Shown here piece by piece: positions 39,503 through 49,896 of a DNA stretch of 64,000 nucleotides. This DNA is from a virus (lineage: Duplodnaviria > Caudoviricetes): the IMG/VR virus record IMGVR_UViG_2974720863_000001, positions 6,495-70,494 of that record; one strand, written 5' to 3'. The notes under the pieces are model-generated. The model worked only from the letters and a program-made list of their open reading frames with translations, had not been told where the DNA came from and did no database searches. Each line of letters starts with the position of its first letter. Position 1 is the stretch's first letter. Both the position numbers and the translations under genes were made by a program.

Positions 39503-41695
39503 TTAGATACGTCCTTCACTAGCAGCTTTCCCCCATAGTGATTTGATGACTGTAGATTTAAGCTCATCCTTACTTAAAGGATTCTTCAACTTATCGTTGA
39601 ACTTAATCACCGCATCCTCTACGTCAGCAGGAGCAAGCCCTGAATCATAAAGCATGAATGAGAAACGAGCCAATGTATTGTTACGGTTACCTTCTCCAAT
39701 GCTACGAGCGAACCAAGATTCAATCTTGTCCATATCTCCAAGGTCTTGAACCTCTTTGACATACTTCTCGTTCTTAGCAGTCTTAGGAATAAACTGAGTA
39801 GGGTCTAGTACAGTTCCGTGTTGGTACTCGTGTGAACCATTAAAAGCTTCCCATTTACGAGCACGTTGACCGGTTACATCATCTACCTTGAATGGAAGCC
39901 AATCAAAGATATTACCCATGAACTCTTTGAACTCTTCATCATTCATCTTCAAGTGATACTTGATAGGTAATACGACACGGAAGCGGTCACAGACAACACC
40001 GTTCTTATCTATCTGGTGACTCTTAGTGGTGTAGAACAAGGCTTCATAGTCCTTCAACAGCAGTTGGGCTGTCTCTAGGCTTACACCATCATCTACATCC
40101 AATACCACCATATTGAACTCAGGAATCGCATTCTCTTTACAGCGGTGCTTTTCCATGAAGTTATGGTTACACCAGTGCACACCTTTGTGAGTGACCAAGC
40201 GATGGAAGTTATCCCATGCGCGTACCTTAATCAACCCTTCTGAATCAGAAGGCATGTAGTGGTAGGCCACATCATTCGATGCAGAGAAGATTAACTTATC
40301 AAGGTCTGTTTCAGTAAGAGTCTCGCCTTTAAGAATCTCAAAGCCATCATCTAGGTACTTCTTAATAACAATGTTATTTCGATGTGCCCAAGCTCGTGCC
40401 AGAGATACCATGTCATCTTTCGCAGACTTTGAACCAGTAAAGAACGGTAAGTCTTCTACCAAATCAGCATAGGTACATTCCTTGTCTACAGCAGCGATGT
40501 ATTTAGCTAGACGAACATAGTTCTTGTCTTGGCTCAGGATTTGCTCACAGGCCACACCAGAGTCTTCTACTAACTTAATAGCGGAGTACATCTGTTCTTC
40601 AGTGACTTCAGGAGTCTGGTCCACAAATGCATAAGCTCCTGCTAACTTCATAGCTTTGAAATATCGATGCTGGAGCTCAGCCTTACGGATAGGTTCAAAG
40701 TCAGAAATCTTAGATGCTTTCTGTTCACAGTTGAGTTGATACTGAAGGTTAATCAAAGCGACTGCTTTAGGTACCTCAATTATCTTATCGTGGTTCACAG
40801 CATCCGCTAGGGACTTAAAGTATGTGTGTAGTTGGCCAATGTCCTTGTCATTGCTTGTGTGCGTTAGAAGCTCATACAGGTCTTCTGCGTTGATTTCAGT
40901 AGCCGTGGTTTTGTTGCCCCAACCATACAAGAAACGTCTGCCGTAGCCTGTCTCCAGTAAGGAACGGAACTCCCTTTCTTCCATGCCACCATTGAATAAC
41001 TTAGAAGGAGTACCGAATACCATCATGTTACTTGGTACTGGGTCATGCCTTTCTTCGCTACGTTTGTTCTCAGTAGAGTTCTTGGTAATCTTTTGCTTAA
41101 TAAGACCTAAGTCATACGCTTCAAGGCTTACTGCAAAAAGCTCAGCATTGGAAAGTAGATTGGTGCCTATCTCATCAATGATTAGGTTCAATGAACCAGA
41201 TTTAGCTATCTGCGCTTTAGTACGAATCTGCTTATAAGCAGGGGCAGTACCACTGTCGAATGAGTAAGGCATAGCTCCCAGTGACTTGAACTCTGTATTG
41301 AGTGCTTCCGTCTCTTCAGCTTCATCAGTGGCATTACGAATAGCTTTCTTACGAGCTTCGTTGGCAATGCTTTGTTCAGCGATGAAAGGGAAAGTCTCTT
41401 TACGGTAAGTCTCAGAGAAACCATTAACTAACTCACGCTCCATGATGTTCATGGAGAAGCCTTTACCGGCACCTGAAGACATCAAACCACATACAAACAT
41501 ATTGATAGGGAGTTTGCCTCGGTGAGGGGTATTCACGTGTGCTCGCACGGACGAAGCCATTTGAGCCAGATAAAACGCAATAATACCTCGAAAGTAAGTA
41601 TCACTTTCTAGGTTTTGTGTTTTGGTTCGGAGGATAGCCAATATCTTTTCCTGAGTAGGGTGATACTGCATATCCTCATAAGGACGGAGTTCCAT
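39503..41695 (-). CDS. DNA primase (N4 gp43-like) with a C-terminal PriCT domain
   Basis: SGAGKG, FDSGT.PA.KQ, LDVDDG, YTTKSH, GEGNRNNTL. Confidence 0.85.
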   Translation of the reverse strand: MELRPYEDMQYHPTQEKILAILRTKTQNLESDTYFRGIIAFYLAQMASSVRAHVNTPHRGKLPINMFVCGLMSSGAGKGFSMNIMERELVNGFSETYRKETFPFIAEQSIANEARKKAIRNATDEAEETEALNTEFKSLGAMPYSFDSGTAPAYKQIRTKAQIAKSGSLNLIIDEIGTNLLSNAELFAVSLEAYDLGLIKQKITKNSTENKRSEERHDPVPSNMMVFGTPSKLFNGGMEEREFRSLLETGYGRRFLYGWGNKTTATEINAEDLYELLTHTSNDKDIGQLHTYFKSLADAVNHDKIIEVPKAVALINLQYQLNCEQKASKISDFEPIRKAELQHRYFKAMKLAGAYAFVDQTPEVTEEQMYSAIKLVEDSGVACEQILSQDKNYVRLAKYIAAVDKECTYADLVEDLPFFTGSKSAKDDMVSLARAWAHRNNIVIKKYLDDGFEILKGETLTETDLDKLIFSASNDVAYHYMPSDSEGLIKVRAWDNFHRLVTHKGVHWCNHNFMEKHRCKENAIPEFNMVVLDVDDGVSLETAQLLLKDYEALFYTTKSHQIDKNGVVCDRFRVVLPIKYHLKMNDEEFKEFMGNIFDWLPFKVDDVTGQRARKWEAFNGSHEYQHGTVLDPTQFIPKTAKNEKYVKEVQDLGDMDKIESWFARSIGEGNRNNTLARFSFMLYDSGLAPADVEDAVIKFNDKLKNPLSKDELKSTVIKSLWGKAASEGRI

Positions 41696-41741
41696 AGTTT
41701 CCTCTAGGTTAGTTAATTCATGAAAGGAGCCAAAGGCTCCC

Positions 41742-42698
41742 TTACTTGATGATGCCTTGTTGAACCATAGATGCGTACTGAGAGCATTTGAATCGAGCGT
41801 TACAATACCCACATTTAGTAGGGGACTGCTTGATTTCACGAACTTCGCCTTTACCTTTACTCAGCATATAAGTGTGTGCCTCATGGGTATTGTCGAACTT
41901 CTTAGAAGCACGTTGTGAAGTTGCACTCGAGTAGTACTTAAACTCAGAAGGTGCTTGCCACATTTCCTCAGGGGTACACAAAGGTAACTCTGATTCAGGG
42001 GTATTCCAGTATAAGTCTATTTGGTTCAGTTTCTGCGATACCCAATGCTCGGTATGTGCAGGGGACAGTAGGTTAATGGTTTTTTCAGCAATAGTGAAGG
42101 GAGGATAACCATCTCCTTTCTTTGCATACTCAGACCAATTCTTGAACCAGAACATTATTTTACCTAAGTCCTTAGAGGTAATGTCTGGATTCAGCCAACG
42201 GTACATTGATAACTGCATTTTGTAGTCATCTGAGGATTTGCCCCATGAATACACAGAGGTATTCTTTAGGTCCATTGGCATCTCTTCCATGATGAAGTCA
42301 AACTTGCCTGAAACAGTCCACTTACCAATCTTTTTACTGGTTCGTCTTTCTAGATGTACATCTAGGTTAGTCTTACCTTCGGTGGGATTGACTCGAACTT
42401 TATCCGCTACCCTTGCAGGTAGTCCAAGTGACTTGAGTACTTCAGGGAGTTTAGGATTGAGCCAAGCTCTCTCCATAGCATCATGGAGCGCAGTACCTTG
42501 TGTCGACGCAATGAGGTCACTGATATCAATCTCAACTTCCTCAGCGCTTACACGGCTCTCTAGCACTATCTGACGAACACTCCCTAATAACTTAGTGGCA
42601 CTGATAGTCCATGGTTCATCGTTGTGGTCGTACTCGTCCGTGGCTAGAAGCACTGCTAAAGGTAAAGGGATGTTGTGTTTATTGGTGTACTTTGGCAT
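41742..42698 (-). CDS. PD-(D/E)XK exonuclease (N4 gp42-like)
   Basis: ISATKLL, GTALHDA.E, SGKFDFI...DLK.TS, Q.S.Y.WL, C...C..CSQ. Confidence 0.8.
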   Translation of the reverse strand: MPKYTNKHNIPLPLAVLLATDEYDHNDEPWTISATKLLGSVRQIVLESRVSAEEVEIDISDLIASTQGTALHDAMERAWLNPKLPEVLKSLGLPARVADKVRVNPTEGKTNLDVHLERRTSKKIGKWTVSGKFDFIMEEMPMDLKNTSVYSWGKSSDDYKMQLSMYRWLNPDITSKDLGKIMFWFKNWSEYAKKGDGYPPFTIAEKTINLLSPAHTEHWVSQKLNQIDLYWNTPESELPLCTPEEMWQAPSEFKYYSSATSQRASKKFDNTHEAHTYMLSKGKGEVREIKQSPTKCGYCNARFKCSQYASMVQQGIIK

Positions 42699-43164
42699 GA
42701 CATTCTCCTGCTAAAGCTGAGTATGATGCCATATCTTCGTAGTCATCTAAACGGAAGTCCCCACCTTTGGCTCTGGAAGCCTTCAGGAAGACCATAAACA
42801 TCCAACCTTGGGTTTCGGTTAGTTCGGTACCGTACATCGCATTGAAGGCTTTCACAGTGGTTGCCATGCTACGTTCAGCATCGGTATCTCTTTCACTGGC
42901 TCGGTCACCTATGTGGCCTATACCTGCCGTCAAGATACTCACTGCGGTGACTTCATCAGACGCAGATACGGTGAAGGCTATTCTTACACATTCTTTTAAA
43001 ACTGAAGGTGGGGCCGTAGAGAGTAACCATTTTTTATTCCCTGCTGGGTCAAAGAACTCTAAGCCTCCTATAGCATCACGGTAGTAGAGTCTAGCTTCCT
43101 TGTGGTAATGGGTTGCCCCTTCGGGGACACTTACAATGTGTTCCATGTTTACTCCTTTTCCCAT
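42679..43164 (-). CDS. DUF6378-like protein (related to dATP/dGTP diphosphohydrolases)
   Basis: ERSM..TV.AFN...G..LTE..GW.FM..LK..R.......D.YED...Y.AL.GE. Confidence 0.65.
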   Translation of the reverse strand: MGKGVNMEHIVSVPEGATHYHKEARLYYRDAIGGLEFFDPAGNKKWLLSTAPPSVLKECVRIAFTVSASDEVTAVSILTAGIGHIGDRASERDTDAERSMATTVKAFNAMYGTELTETQGWMFMVFLKASRAKGGDFRLDDYEDMASYSALAGECHAKVHQ

Positions 43165-43568
43165 ATCCCTGTTTCAGGGTTAAGACTTCCCTGACGGGCA
43201 TTGATAATCTCATAAGCATGCTGAGCAGCTTCAGAGAGATTAACGTCAGATAGGTTAGCTACAGAAGTAATGCACTTCAGAGAGTCTCCTACTGCGTCTA
43301 CGAGATGTTCACGAGGGTCATCATTGACAGGGATGCCTTTGATTTTACCTTTACGGTGAAGTTCGTGTACTAAATCAATGACACAGAACTTTACACCATC
43401 TGAGGATTTCTCAGGATGAAGGGAAGCATAAAGCTCAATCACCTCTTCAAATAACTTTACCCATTGAGCCTGAGCCGTTGAACCAGAAGTGATTCCTCGG
43501 TCATCGTCCCAACGGACATAGTTTTCAATTATCTGGGGTAAAGCTTGGTTTTCAGATTTGTTATTCAT
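43149..43568 (-). CDS. MazG-like nucleotide pyrophosphohydrolase
   Basis: QWVKLFEEV.EL, DAVGD, AY..I..R.G...GIWEKE. Confidence 0.7.
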   Translation of the reverse strand: MNNKSENQALPQIIENYVRWDDDRGITSGSTAQAQWVKLFEEVIELYASLHPEKSSDGVKFCVIDLVHELHRKGKIKGIPVNDDPREHLVDAVGDSLKCITSVANLSDVNLSEAAQHAYEIINARQGSLNPETGIWEKE

Positions 43569-43723
43569 GTAAGTGCTACTCGTTTGGTTTTTGCTACGAA
43601 GGAATGATTTACTACTTTCTTCTTAGCATTGTTGCGTTTAGCCATTGCATTAATATCAGAGGCACGGTCAGGTGACGCTAATCCGTGTTTACTAAATACT
43701 GGTTCAAAGAATGTTGCCATTAA

Positions 43724-43930
43724 TTAAGTCCTTATTAAGCCATGATTCCATAGCCCTTGAGAAAGGGTCTTGTCAGAATCGAAAGGGGTGAAAGATAACA
43801 CATCTTTGGTCGAAAGTTCGAACCAATAAAGGTTTTCATACTCTTGGTCAAATCCTGACTGAGAGACAAAAAATTGACCTCGTGAGAGGTCATTAATCGC
43901 TACAGCCATTTCATGTCTGGTTCGTTCCAT
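43724..43930 (-). CDS. Hypothetical protein
   Basis: 68 aa in the operon. Confidence 0.45.
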   Translation of the reverse strand: MERTRHEMAVAINDLSRGQFFVSQSGFDQEYENLYWFELSTKDVLSFTPFDSDKTLSQGLWNHGLIRT

Positions 43931-43938
43931 AAGGAGCC

Positions 43939-44175
43939 TTACATCAAGTCGTAGTTAAGCACCAATACAGTCTCACCGTCTTCATCGTCAGATACACGGT
44001 AACCTGAGTCAGAGTAACCAGACTGCCCTACCTGAGATGTTTCCACCTCAGAGATAGCAATGGCCTGCATGGTATGCGAACGGTCGCCATAGTCGCTTAC
44101 AGCGACCACAGGCATATCATCAGGGAATTGTTCAAGAGCATTGATAAGCTCACTTACAGTTAATGTTTCAATCAT
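43939..44175 (-). CDS. Hypothetical protein
   Basis: 78 aa; ATGA overlap with the DNA polymerase stop. Confidence 0.55.
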   Translation of the reverse strand: MIETLTVSELINALEQFPDDMPVVAVSDYGDRSHTMQAIAISEVETSQVGQSGYSDSGYRVSDDEDGETVLVLNYDLM

Positions 44176-46823
44176 AATGCGTCCTTTCGTTTGAGTACTT
44201 CTTTATGAACCACTTCTTTAAGTGTGTCCACGCAGTCGGTACGAGGTAAAGTAAAGTCGTTTGCCCAAGATGGGTAGAACACATCTAAGTCACCCCCAAG
44301 CTTAACTTCGTCATGCCAGATTTCAGGTAACTCTTGCCACTCCATTGCCTGTGTCATGGTTTTATTGACGAAGGCCAATGCTTCCCAATCATCACGTACA
44401 TAGCCATAAATGGCATCATGAATCAAAGCACAAGGTCTAAAGGCGTACTTATAGGCCGAGCTGCGTACCTTCTCAATGAACTCGCCAAAGGCGCGATTAT
44501 TAAGTAAGCCATAGCTCTGGCCCATAGCATTACCTACCGTTCTACTTTCGGCTGCTGCCTGAGAGGTAGTTACACTGGTTCCCATCAATGAACGCTTCAG
44601 TAATGGTGTTCTCACACGTAGTCCGAACGCTACAGTGGCATAGCCCTCGTTAGAGGCATGTATAAGCCTGTCAGTCTTCCATTGCTTAGACACGGCATAC
44701 ATCTTCAGATAGTTAGATTCAACCATCTTAGATTTGTCCTCAGACCATCCTAAGTTAGTTACCATGGTTCGCCATGTACCATCATAGGTTAAGGCAAAGG
44801 TTGGAGCTTTACTGTCCTGACGTAACCCCTTATAAGTGACTTGAATAGAGTTAATGGATTCTGCTGATTCAGGGTCAATGCCCGTCATCTCATCCCCAAA
44901 ATAGTAGTACGCTCGGTATGAGTGTCCATCAAAGCCCATGGTATAGACTTTAATCTTATTGGGGTCTTTGGTAAGCAGGGCATCAATTCTATCTTCTAGA
45001 GAAGCAAAGTCAGCGCCTACAAAGATGTGGTTAGGTGGGGCAACAAAGCATGCCTTAATAACCTTGGCATAATCCGAACCAGAAGGTATCTGTTGTAAAT
45101 TAGGATTCTTACTACTCAGTCTTCCTGAGACGGTGCCACCTAGTTTGAATGAACCAAATAGGTAGTGCATACCATCGGGGGCAAGAGGAGCTTCCTTAAA
45201 CACAGGAATGAATGCAGAGAGTATCTTCGCTACACCTGCATAGTCTCTTAGATGGTTCAGTATCTTAATACTTTCTTCATCTTGAATGACTTTGGTTAGC
45301 TTCTTGAGTGTCTTGCCTCCAGTAGCCGGAGCACCTGTCTTAGTTTTATCTACTACAGGTAAGCCCATGTCCTCGTACAGTAGCTTCTGAAGTTGCACAC
45401 CACTGTTAGGATTAAAGCGTTCTTCATCAAATACTGAGGTGTCTTTGGCTTTGATATTCTCAGGGTTAACTGCCTTCTTCTTCCTATCGTCCCAATCCTT
45501 CTGCCACATTGCTTTACGCATATTGGACTCAAAGGCTTGAATGATAGGATGGTTCAGTAATGCATTCTTGTGAGTATCAAAGATGGCCTGTAGCTTATGT
45601 TCAGCCTCCAGCACCTTAGGCATGCTTAAACACATACCAGTCAGTTGAATCTGAATGATGTCCTTCTGCCATACCTTGAATTTTTGATATAAATCAAATT
45701 GTTCATCAAGCACCATAGTGTCATAGTGTTTATCCATGACGAACCATGTAGCCATACAGTCCACGTTGTTATAGCGAAGTAAGTTGGGCATCGGTATTAA
45801 CTGAATGTCGTTGATATCCGACTCAGCGTAGTTACCGGTGAACTCATGAGCTTGGTCCTTCAAACCTAATTTATTACCGGTACAGCTATTAGTAGCTAAA
45901 TAGGCAATCAACAAGGTATCTTCATAACTGCGAGTCATGACTTCCAGACCTTCCAGTAACCCTTCTTGGTCAAGGAGGTTACCCATCCATAACTGATAGA
46001 TGAGCACGGTTATATCATAACCAGAATTATGGTAAATAAGTGTTCCTTGGTACTTCTCAAAGAAGTCCTTCAATAGAGCTCTTAGTGGTTCATTTCTGAC
46101 TTGTTTATTGTGTGCTATCCGTTTCTTGTATTTTTTATCTTTCTTATCCCAGACTCGTACTTCCGTAGGCTCACAGGCAACAGAGTCCACAGCAAACGAT
46201 ATACCATTGTGGCAATCCCAAGCAAAGCCCACGCTACCAATCCCAGAGAGATAGTGCTTAAGCGAATAAGCTTCAATATCGCAAGTAAGGGCAGGCATAA
46301 GAAGAAGAGTATCCAGCCACTGCTTGATTGCATCATAGTCACTCGGGTAGTCCTCTGAATGGATGACATTGGTCCCCAGTTCAACATGGGTACCTTGTTT
46401 ATGGTTCACCATGGTATCAAGAGAGAATTCTATCTTATCAATCATGGTAGGGTTATAGAGTAATGACGCATGGTTAGGGCAGAGCACAGCATTCATGTGC
46501 TCATAGCCTTTGATAGCGACAGGGAGTACTGCCCCATAGTGTGGGTCAGCTTTTTGAACCTTACACAGTTTTTTAAAGTACTCACCATCACAGACAAGTA
46601 AATCTTTAATCCCTAGGGAGTCCAGTGATGGAAGTAACTGGCCAAGGTATTCATGTATGGTACTGGCCGAAGGTTTCTTCTTCCCTGCATAATCCAGAGA
46701 AAATGAGATTGCCTTCAATCCAGTTGGATTCAAGTAGATTTCATTGATTCGGGATTTTACTAAGGAGGCTTGTTTTATTAGGATGGCAGTATCATATTCA
46801 TCGTGATGAATGATGTGTTGCAT
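44172..46823 (-). CDS. DNA polymerase, family A (N4 gp39-like)
   Basis: CDIEAYSL exonuclease motif, GRLSS.NPNLQQIP, GADFASLEDR, SKAPTFAL.Y, IHDA.Y. Confidence 0.93.
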   Translation of the reverse strand: MQHIIHHDEYDTAILIKQASLVKSRINEIYLNPTGLKAISFSLDYAGKKKPSASTIHEYLGQLLPSLDSLGIKDLLVCDGEYFKKLCKVQKADPHYGAVLPVAIKGYEHMNAVLCPNHASLLYNPTMIDKIEFSLDTMVNHKQGTHVELGTNVIHSEDYPSDYDAIKQWLDTLLLMPALTCDIEAYSLKHYLSGIGSVGFAWDCHNGISFAVDSVACEPTEVRVWDKKDKKYKKRIAHNKQVRNEPLRALLKDFFEKYQGTLIYHNSGYDITVLIYQLWMGNLLDQEGLLEGLEVMTRSYEDTLLIAYLATNSCTGNKLGLKDQAHEFTGNYAESDINDIQLIPMPNLLRYNNVDCMATWFVMDKHYDTMVLDEQFDLYQKFKVWQKDIIQIQLTGMCLSMPKVLEAEHKLQAIFDTHKNALLNHPIIQAFESNMRKAMWQKDWDDRKKKAVNPENIKAKDTSVFDEERFNPNSGVQLQKLLYEDMGLPVVDKTKTGAPATGGKTLKKLTKVIQDEESIKILNHLRDYAGVAKILSAFIPVFKEAPLAPDGMHYLFGSFKLGGTVSGRLSSKNPNLQQIPSGSDYAKVIKACFVAPPNHIFVGADFASLEDRIDALLTKDPNKIKVYTMGFDGHSYRAYYYFGDEMTGIDPESAESINSIQVTYKGLRQDSKAPTFALTYDGTWRTMVTNLGWSEDKSKMVESNYLKMYAVSKQWKTDRLIHASNEGYATVAFGLRVRTPLLKRSLMGTSVTTSQAAAESRTVGNAMGQSYGLLNNRAFGEFIEKVRSSAYKYAFRPCALIHDAIYGYVRDDWEALAFVNKTMTQAMEWQELPEIWHDEVKLGGDLDVFYPSWANDFTLPRTDCVDTLKEVVHKEVLKRKDAL

Positions 46824-46825
46824 GC

Positions 46826-47278
46826 TTACTCCGTAATGAGGTTAAAACTGATGAGCGATTCTAACAGAGTGAACTCAGGGGTACAGGTAATACTTTCAAT
46901 GAATTCAGGGTTCACTTCAGTACTCTCGGAATAACCTTTATCTAAGTAGAGTTGTTTTGGTTCATCGGGAAGCCAAGCTAACGCTTCTTCAGTCGACTCA
47001 CATAAATTGAGCCAGTAAATCACTTTGGTTCGGATTGACTGCCAAGCTGTGAGGGATTCTAAGGTGAAGTCTAACTTAGTCTTATTCTCCTTAATGAACT
47101 CCTCAGTAGCAGGAGGTGCAACCCCACTGCATAAGGCATTCTCAAAGGTGTATCCCTTGTACACAAATCCGGTATAAATAGTACCGGATTCCCATATTAA
47201 GTCTGTCTTGGCTTGAGCTGCTTTACTGATAGCACTGTGCTCAATTATCGTGAGCATGGTCGCTTTAAAGTTGGACAT
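46826..47278 (-). CDS. Hypothetical protein
   Basis: 150 aa between helicase and polymerase. Confidence 0.55.
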   Translation of the reverse strand: MSNFKATMLTIIEHSAISKAAQAKTDLIWESGTIYTGFVYKGYTFENALCSGVAPPATEEFIKENKTKLDFTLESLTAWQSIRTKVIYWLNLCESTEEALAWLPDEPKQLYLDKGYSESTEVNPEFIESITCTPEFTLLESLISFNLITE

Positions 47279-47286
47279 GGTAACTC

Positions 47287-48501
47287 CTAGATAGGTGTGC
47301 CATATAGGTACACATTACCTTTGGCACGAGAGACTGCTACGTAGAGCATACGCAGGTAAGTATTCTTGTCTTGCCAGTACACTTTCTTGAGGTCATTAAG
47401 GCTAATGAAGATATCCTCATAAGTAGACCCTTGCGCCTTGTGTACCGTACAGGCCCATGAACCTCGTAGGTCAGGCACCGTTTCCTTCATAGCATAAAAG
47501 GAATACCAATCTTTAAGTTTGGCAGTAGCCTTTAATTTAGAGGCCAACTCTCCTTGATTGAGAGGAACCAGTAAACAACCATGTTGGGTGTAAACTCGGT
47601 GGCAATCCATATCGAAGTCATTCTTAACGATTTCACTATCCACATCCATGATGAGAGTAGATTCTTCATTCTTCATGATGGTGTCACCGTGGTCATCCTT
47701 GAGGACACCATTAGAAACCAGCATCTCACCTTCTTTCCAGAAGCCGGTAATGCCTTTGTACTCACGTACACTCTGGTTCAGTTTTATGGCACGGGTGTTG
47801 GTATAACAAAGCACCTTATCTTTCTCAGTCATCGTAGTAAAGAACTGTTCAGCCTGAGCATCAGTGATATACATCACTTGGTCAGAAGGGAGTAGAGGTA
47901 CTATTTCTTGGTTCATTACACCTTCACGTAGTGAGGTGCATTGTGCATACAGAGGACTGATAGCATCTTGACGTACTGGTGTAGTCATCTCAATGACAGG
48001 GATACCAGAAGTAAAGATAGGTGACTCAGCTTCCCCTACAGGAGGGAGCTGATAGCGGTCACAGACAAGAATAATCTTACACTTGTCTGTTAGCTCAGCT
48101 AAATGCTTAAGACCGTCAGAATCGAGCATAGAGGCTTCATCAATGACAATAACTTGACCATGTTGAGGAGACCCTTTTCCACCTCTTTTGGTTCGTCTTT
48201 GTTTGCCTGTCTTAAAGCAGGGCTTAGGGAATAGCCCAAACAAGCTATCAAAGGTACTGCCATTGATAACCTTGGCTGCTTTGTTAGACATGGCTGACAT
48301 CTTCACACCTCTGATTTGAGGTACGTCTAGGATACGGGCAAACTCATTGAGTTCTTTCATGTCCCCAAACATATGCTCAAGCAGGAAGGATTTCCCACAA
48401 CCTGCAGGGGCAGACAAGATGATGACATCTGAATCAACCCCTAACAGGAACATTTCTAACTCTTTCTTAGCCTTTTCCTGACAAGAGGTTAATTGAACCA
48501 T
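47287..48501 (-). CDS. Dda/RecD-like SF1 DNA helicase (N4 gp37-like)
   Basis: APAGCGKS, VIDEASM, D.YQLPPV, TVHKAQGSTY, YVAVSRA. Confidence 0.9.
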   Translation of the reverse strand: MVQLTSCQEKAKKELEMFLLGVDSDVIILSAPAGCGKSFLLEHMFGDMKELNEFARILDVPQIRGVKMSAMSNKAAKVINGSTFDSLFGLFPKPCFKTGKQRRTKRGGKGSPQHGQVIVIDEASMLDSDGLKHLAELTDKCKIILVCDRYQLPPVGEAESPIFTSGIPVIEMTTPVRQDAISPLYAQCTSLREGVMNQEIVPLLPSDQVMYITDAQAEQFFTTMTEKDKVLCYTNTRAIKLNQSVREYKGITGFWKEGEMLVSNGVLKDDHGDTIMKNEESTLIMDVDSEIVKNDFDMDCHRVYTQHGCLLVPLNQGELASKLKATAKLKDWYSFYAMKETVPDLRGSWACTVHKAQGSTYEDIFISLNDLKKVYWQDKNTYLRMLYVAVSRAKGNVYLYGTPI

Positions 48502-48502
48502 T

Positions 48503-48763
48503 TTAATTTCCTTCGTTTTCTAAATATTGGCTTAGTGGCATATCTAATACTGCCGCTTTTTGGATGGCCTCTTCCAGAGTGAACCCATAAGGTTTAATGG
48601 TCATATCAGGAGGACCGTAGGTATGTTGTTGATATACTCCGTCTCGATACTCACGGAAGTCCAGTTTCTTGGCCTTAAGTAATGCCGTCATTACTTCTGG
48701 TAAATCGTCTTCCGATACTACTAAGTCGAGTGAGTATCCTAAGTTTATCTTTACGTCATTCAT
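48503..48763 (-). CDS. Hypothetical protein
   Basis: 86 aa in the operon. Confidence 0.5.
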   Translation of the reverse strand: MNDVKINLGYSLDLVVSEDDLPEVMTALLKAKKLDFREYRDGVYQQHTYGPPDMTIKPYGFTLEEAIQKAAVLDMPLSQYLENEGN

Positions 48764-49886
48764 GCTTGATTTCCATATGGATTACAGTACAGTCTGGATG
48801 CGTCCACTCTTTGTTATTAACAATAACGAAGACAACATCGCAGGATAATTCATCCAAGGGCGGAACGCTCACATAACCATCCGTAAAGATAACTGCAACT
48901 TCAGTCTCTTCATTGGCCTTAAGGTCACGCCATACAGGAGCGAGGTCAGTACCTCCTTGAGCATTCGCAGGAATATCACAAGTGGTAATCTCGTCTGCAC
49001 GTTCAAACTCTCTTGGTTCACCTAGGTAGTGAGAGAAGTCTGTAATGGTCATCAGTGAAGGATTCACTGTTTCTTTAATATACAGAATCTCTGCAGTCTC
49101 TAGACATAGCTCTCTGTGAGAGATTGAACCAGAAGCATCACGATAACAGCGGATCTCACCCATGCCTTCACTCCATAGAGAAGGAAGGTAGACATCAGGA
49201 TAACGTCTATTTCTACGTGACCATGAGTACTCATCCTTTACACGCTCATGCATGTAGTGCTCAAGTACTTGGTGCCACTTGAGCTTAGGATTAAGAACTT
49301 CTTCTACAAAGCGGTTGATTTCATCAGGGATGCTGTCACCTTGGCCCGCCATCTTAGCTTGAGTAGCAGCTTTGACAATAGCTTCCTGTATCTTGGTTTG
49401 AGTCTCTTTCTGCTCTTCAGGAGTACCTTCAGCCGGCTTAATATCTGACCCCATAGAGTTAGACTGGTTCTGCTTACCAGATTTGATGAGGTCATCATAA
49501 ATTTGCATGACCGTCCAACCTCCGTACTTGGTGTCTTTAAGACCACCTTCTACAAAAGTGAATCCTTCTTTAATCAACTGATTGTTGATGTAGTAGTCTT
49601 GGGCATCATTCATGGTTTTAGGATCATACTGCTTATCCAAAGGAACACAGTGGTCATAAGCTACGTGCCATGTCTCATGAAGCATCAGAAACACCCTACG
49701 AGGTAAGTCCAGAGAACTGAACCAAGTAGGGTTATATTTAATACTTAGGCCATTGGTTTGAGCCGTAGGGACTGACTCATCTGCTGACTGCTCAAGGGCA
49801 AGCATCAAAGCACTGATAAAGCCTGTCTTAGGACTCATCATTACCTTAACTTTGGTTTGGCTAATTAGCGTATTTACATCAGTCAT
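48756..49886 (-). CDS. Metallopeptidase-like + vWA-like protein (N4 gp25-like, DUF2201)
   Basis: LHETWHVA HExxH, N.AQDY.IN, RDASGSIS, GGTD, FTDGY. Confidence 0.85.
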   Translation of the reverse strand: MTDVNTLISQTKVKVMMSPKTGFISALMLALEQSADESVPTAQTNGLSIKYNPTWFSSLDLPRRVFLMLHETWHVAYDHCVPLDKQYDPKTMNDAQDYYINNQLIKEGFTFVEGGLKDTKYGGWTVMQIYDDLIKSGKQNQSNSMGSDIKPAEGTPEEQKETQTKIQEAIVKAATQAKMAGQGDSIPDEINRFVEEVLNPKLKWHQVLEHYMHERVKDEYSWSRRNRRYPDVYLPSLWSEGMGEIRCYRDASGSISHRELCLETAEILYIKETVNPSLMTITDFSHYLGEPREFERADEITTCDIPANAQGGTDLAPVWRDLKANEETEVAVIFTDGYVSVPPLDELSCDVVFVIVNNKEWTHPDCTVIHMEIKHE

Positions 49887-49896
49887 TCTGGTTCAC

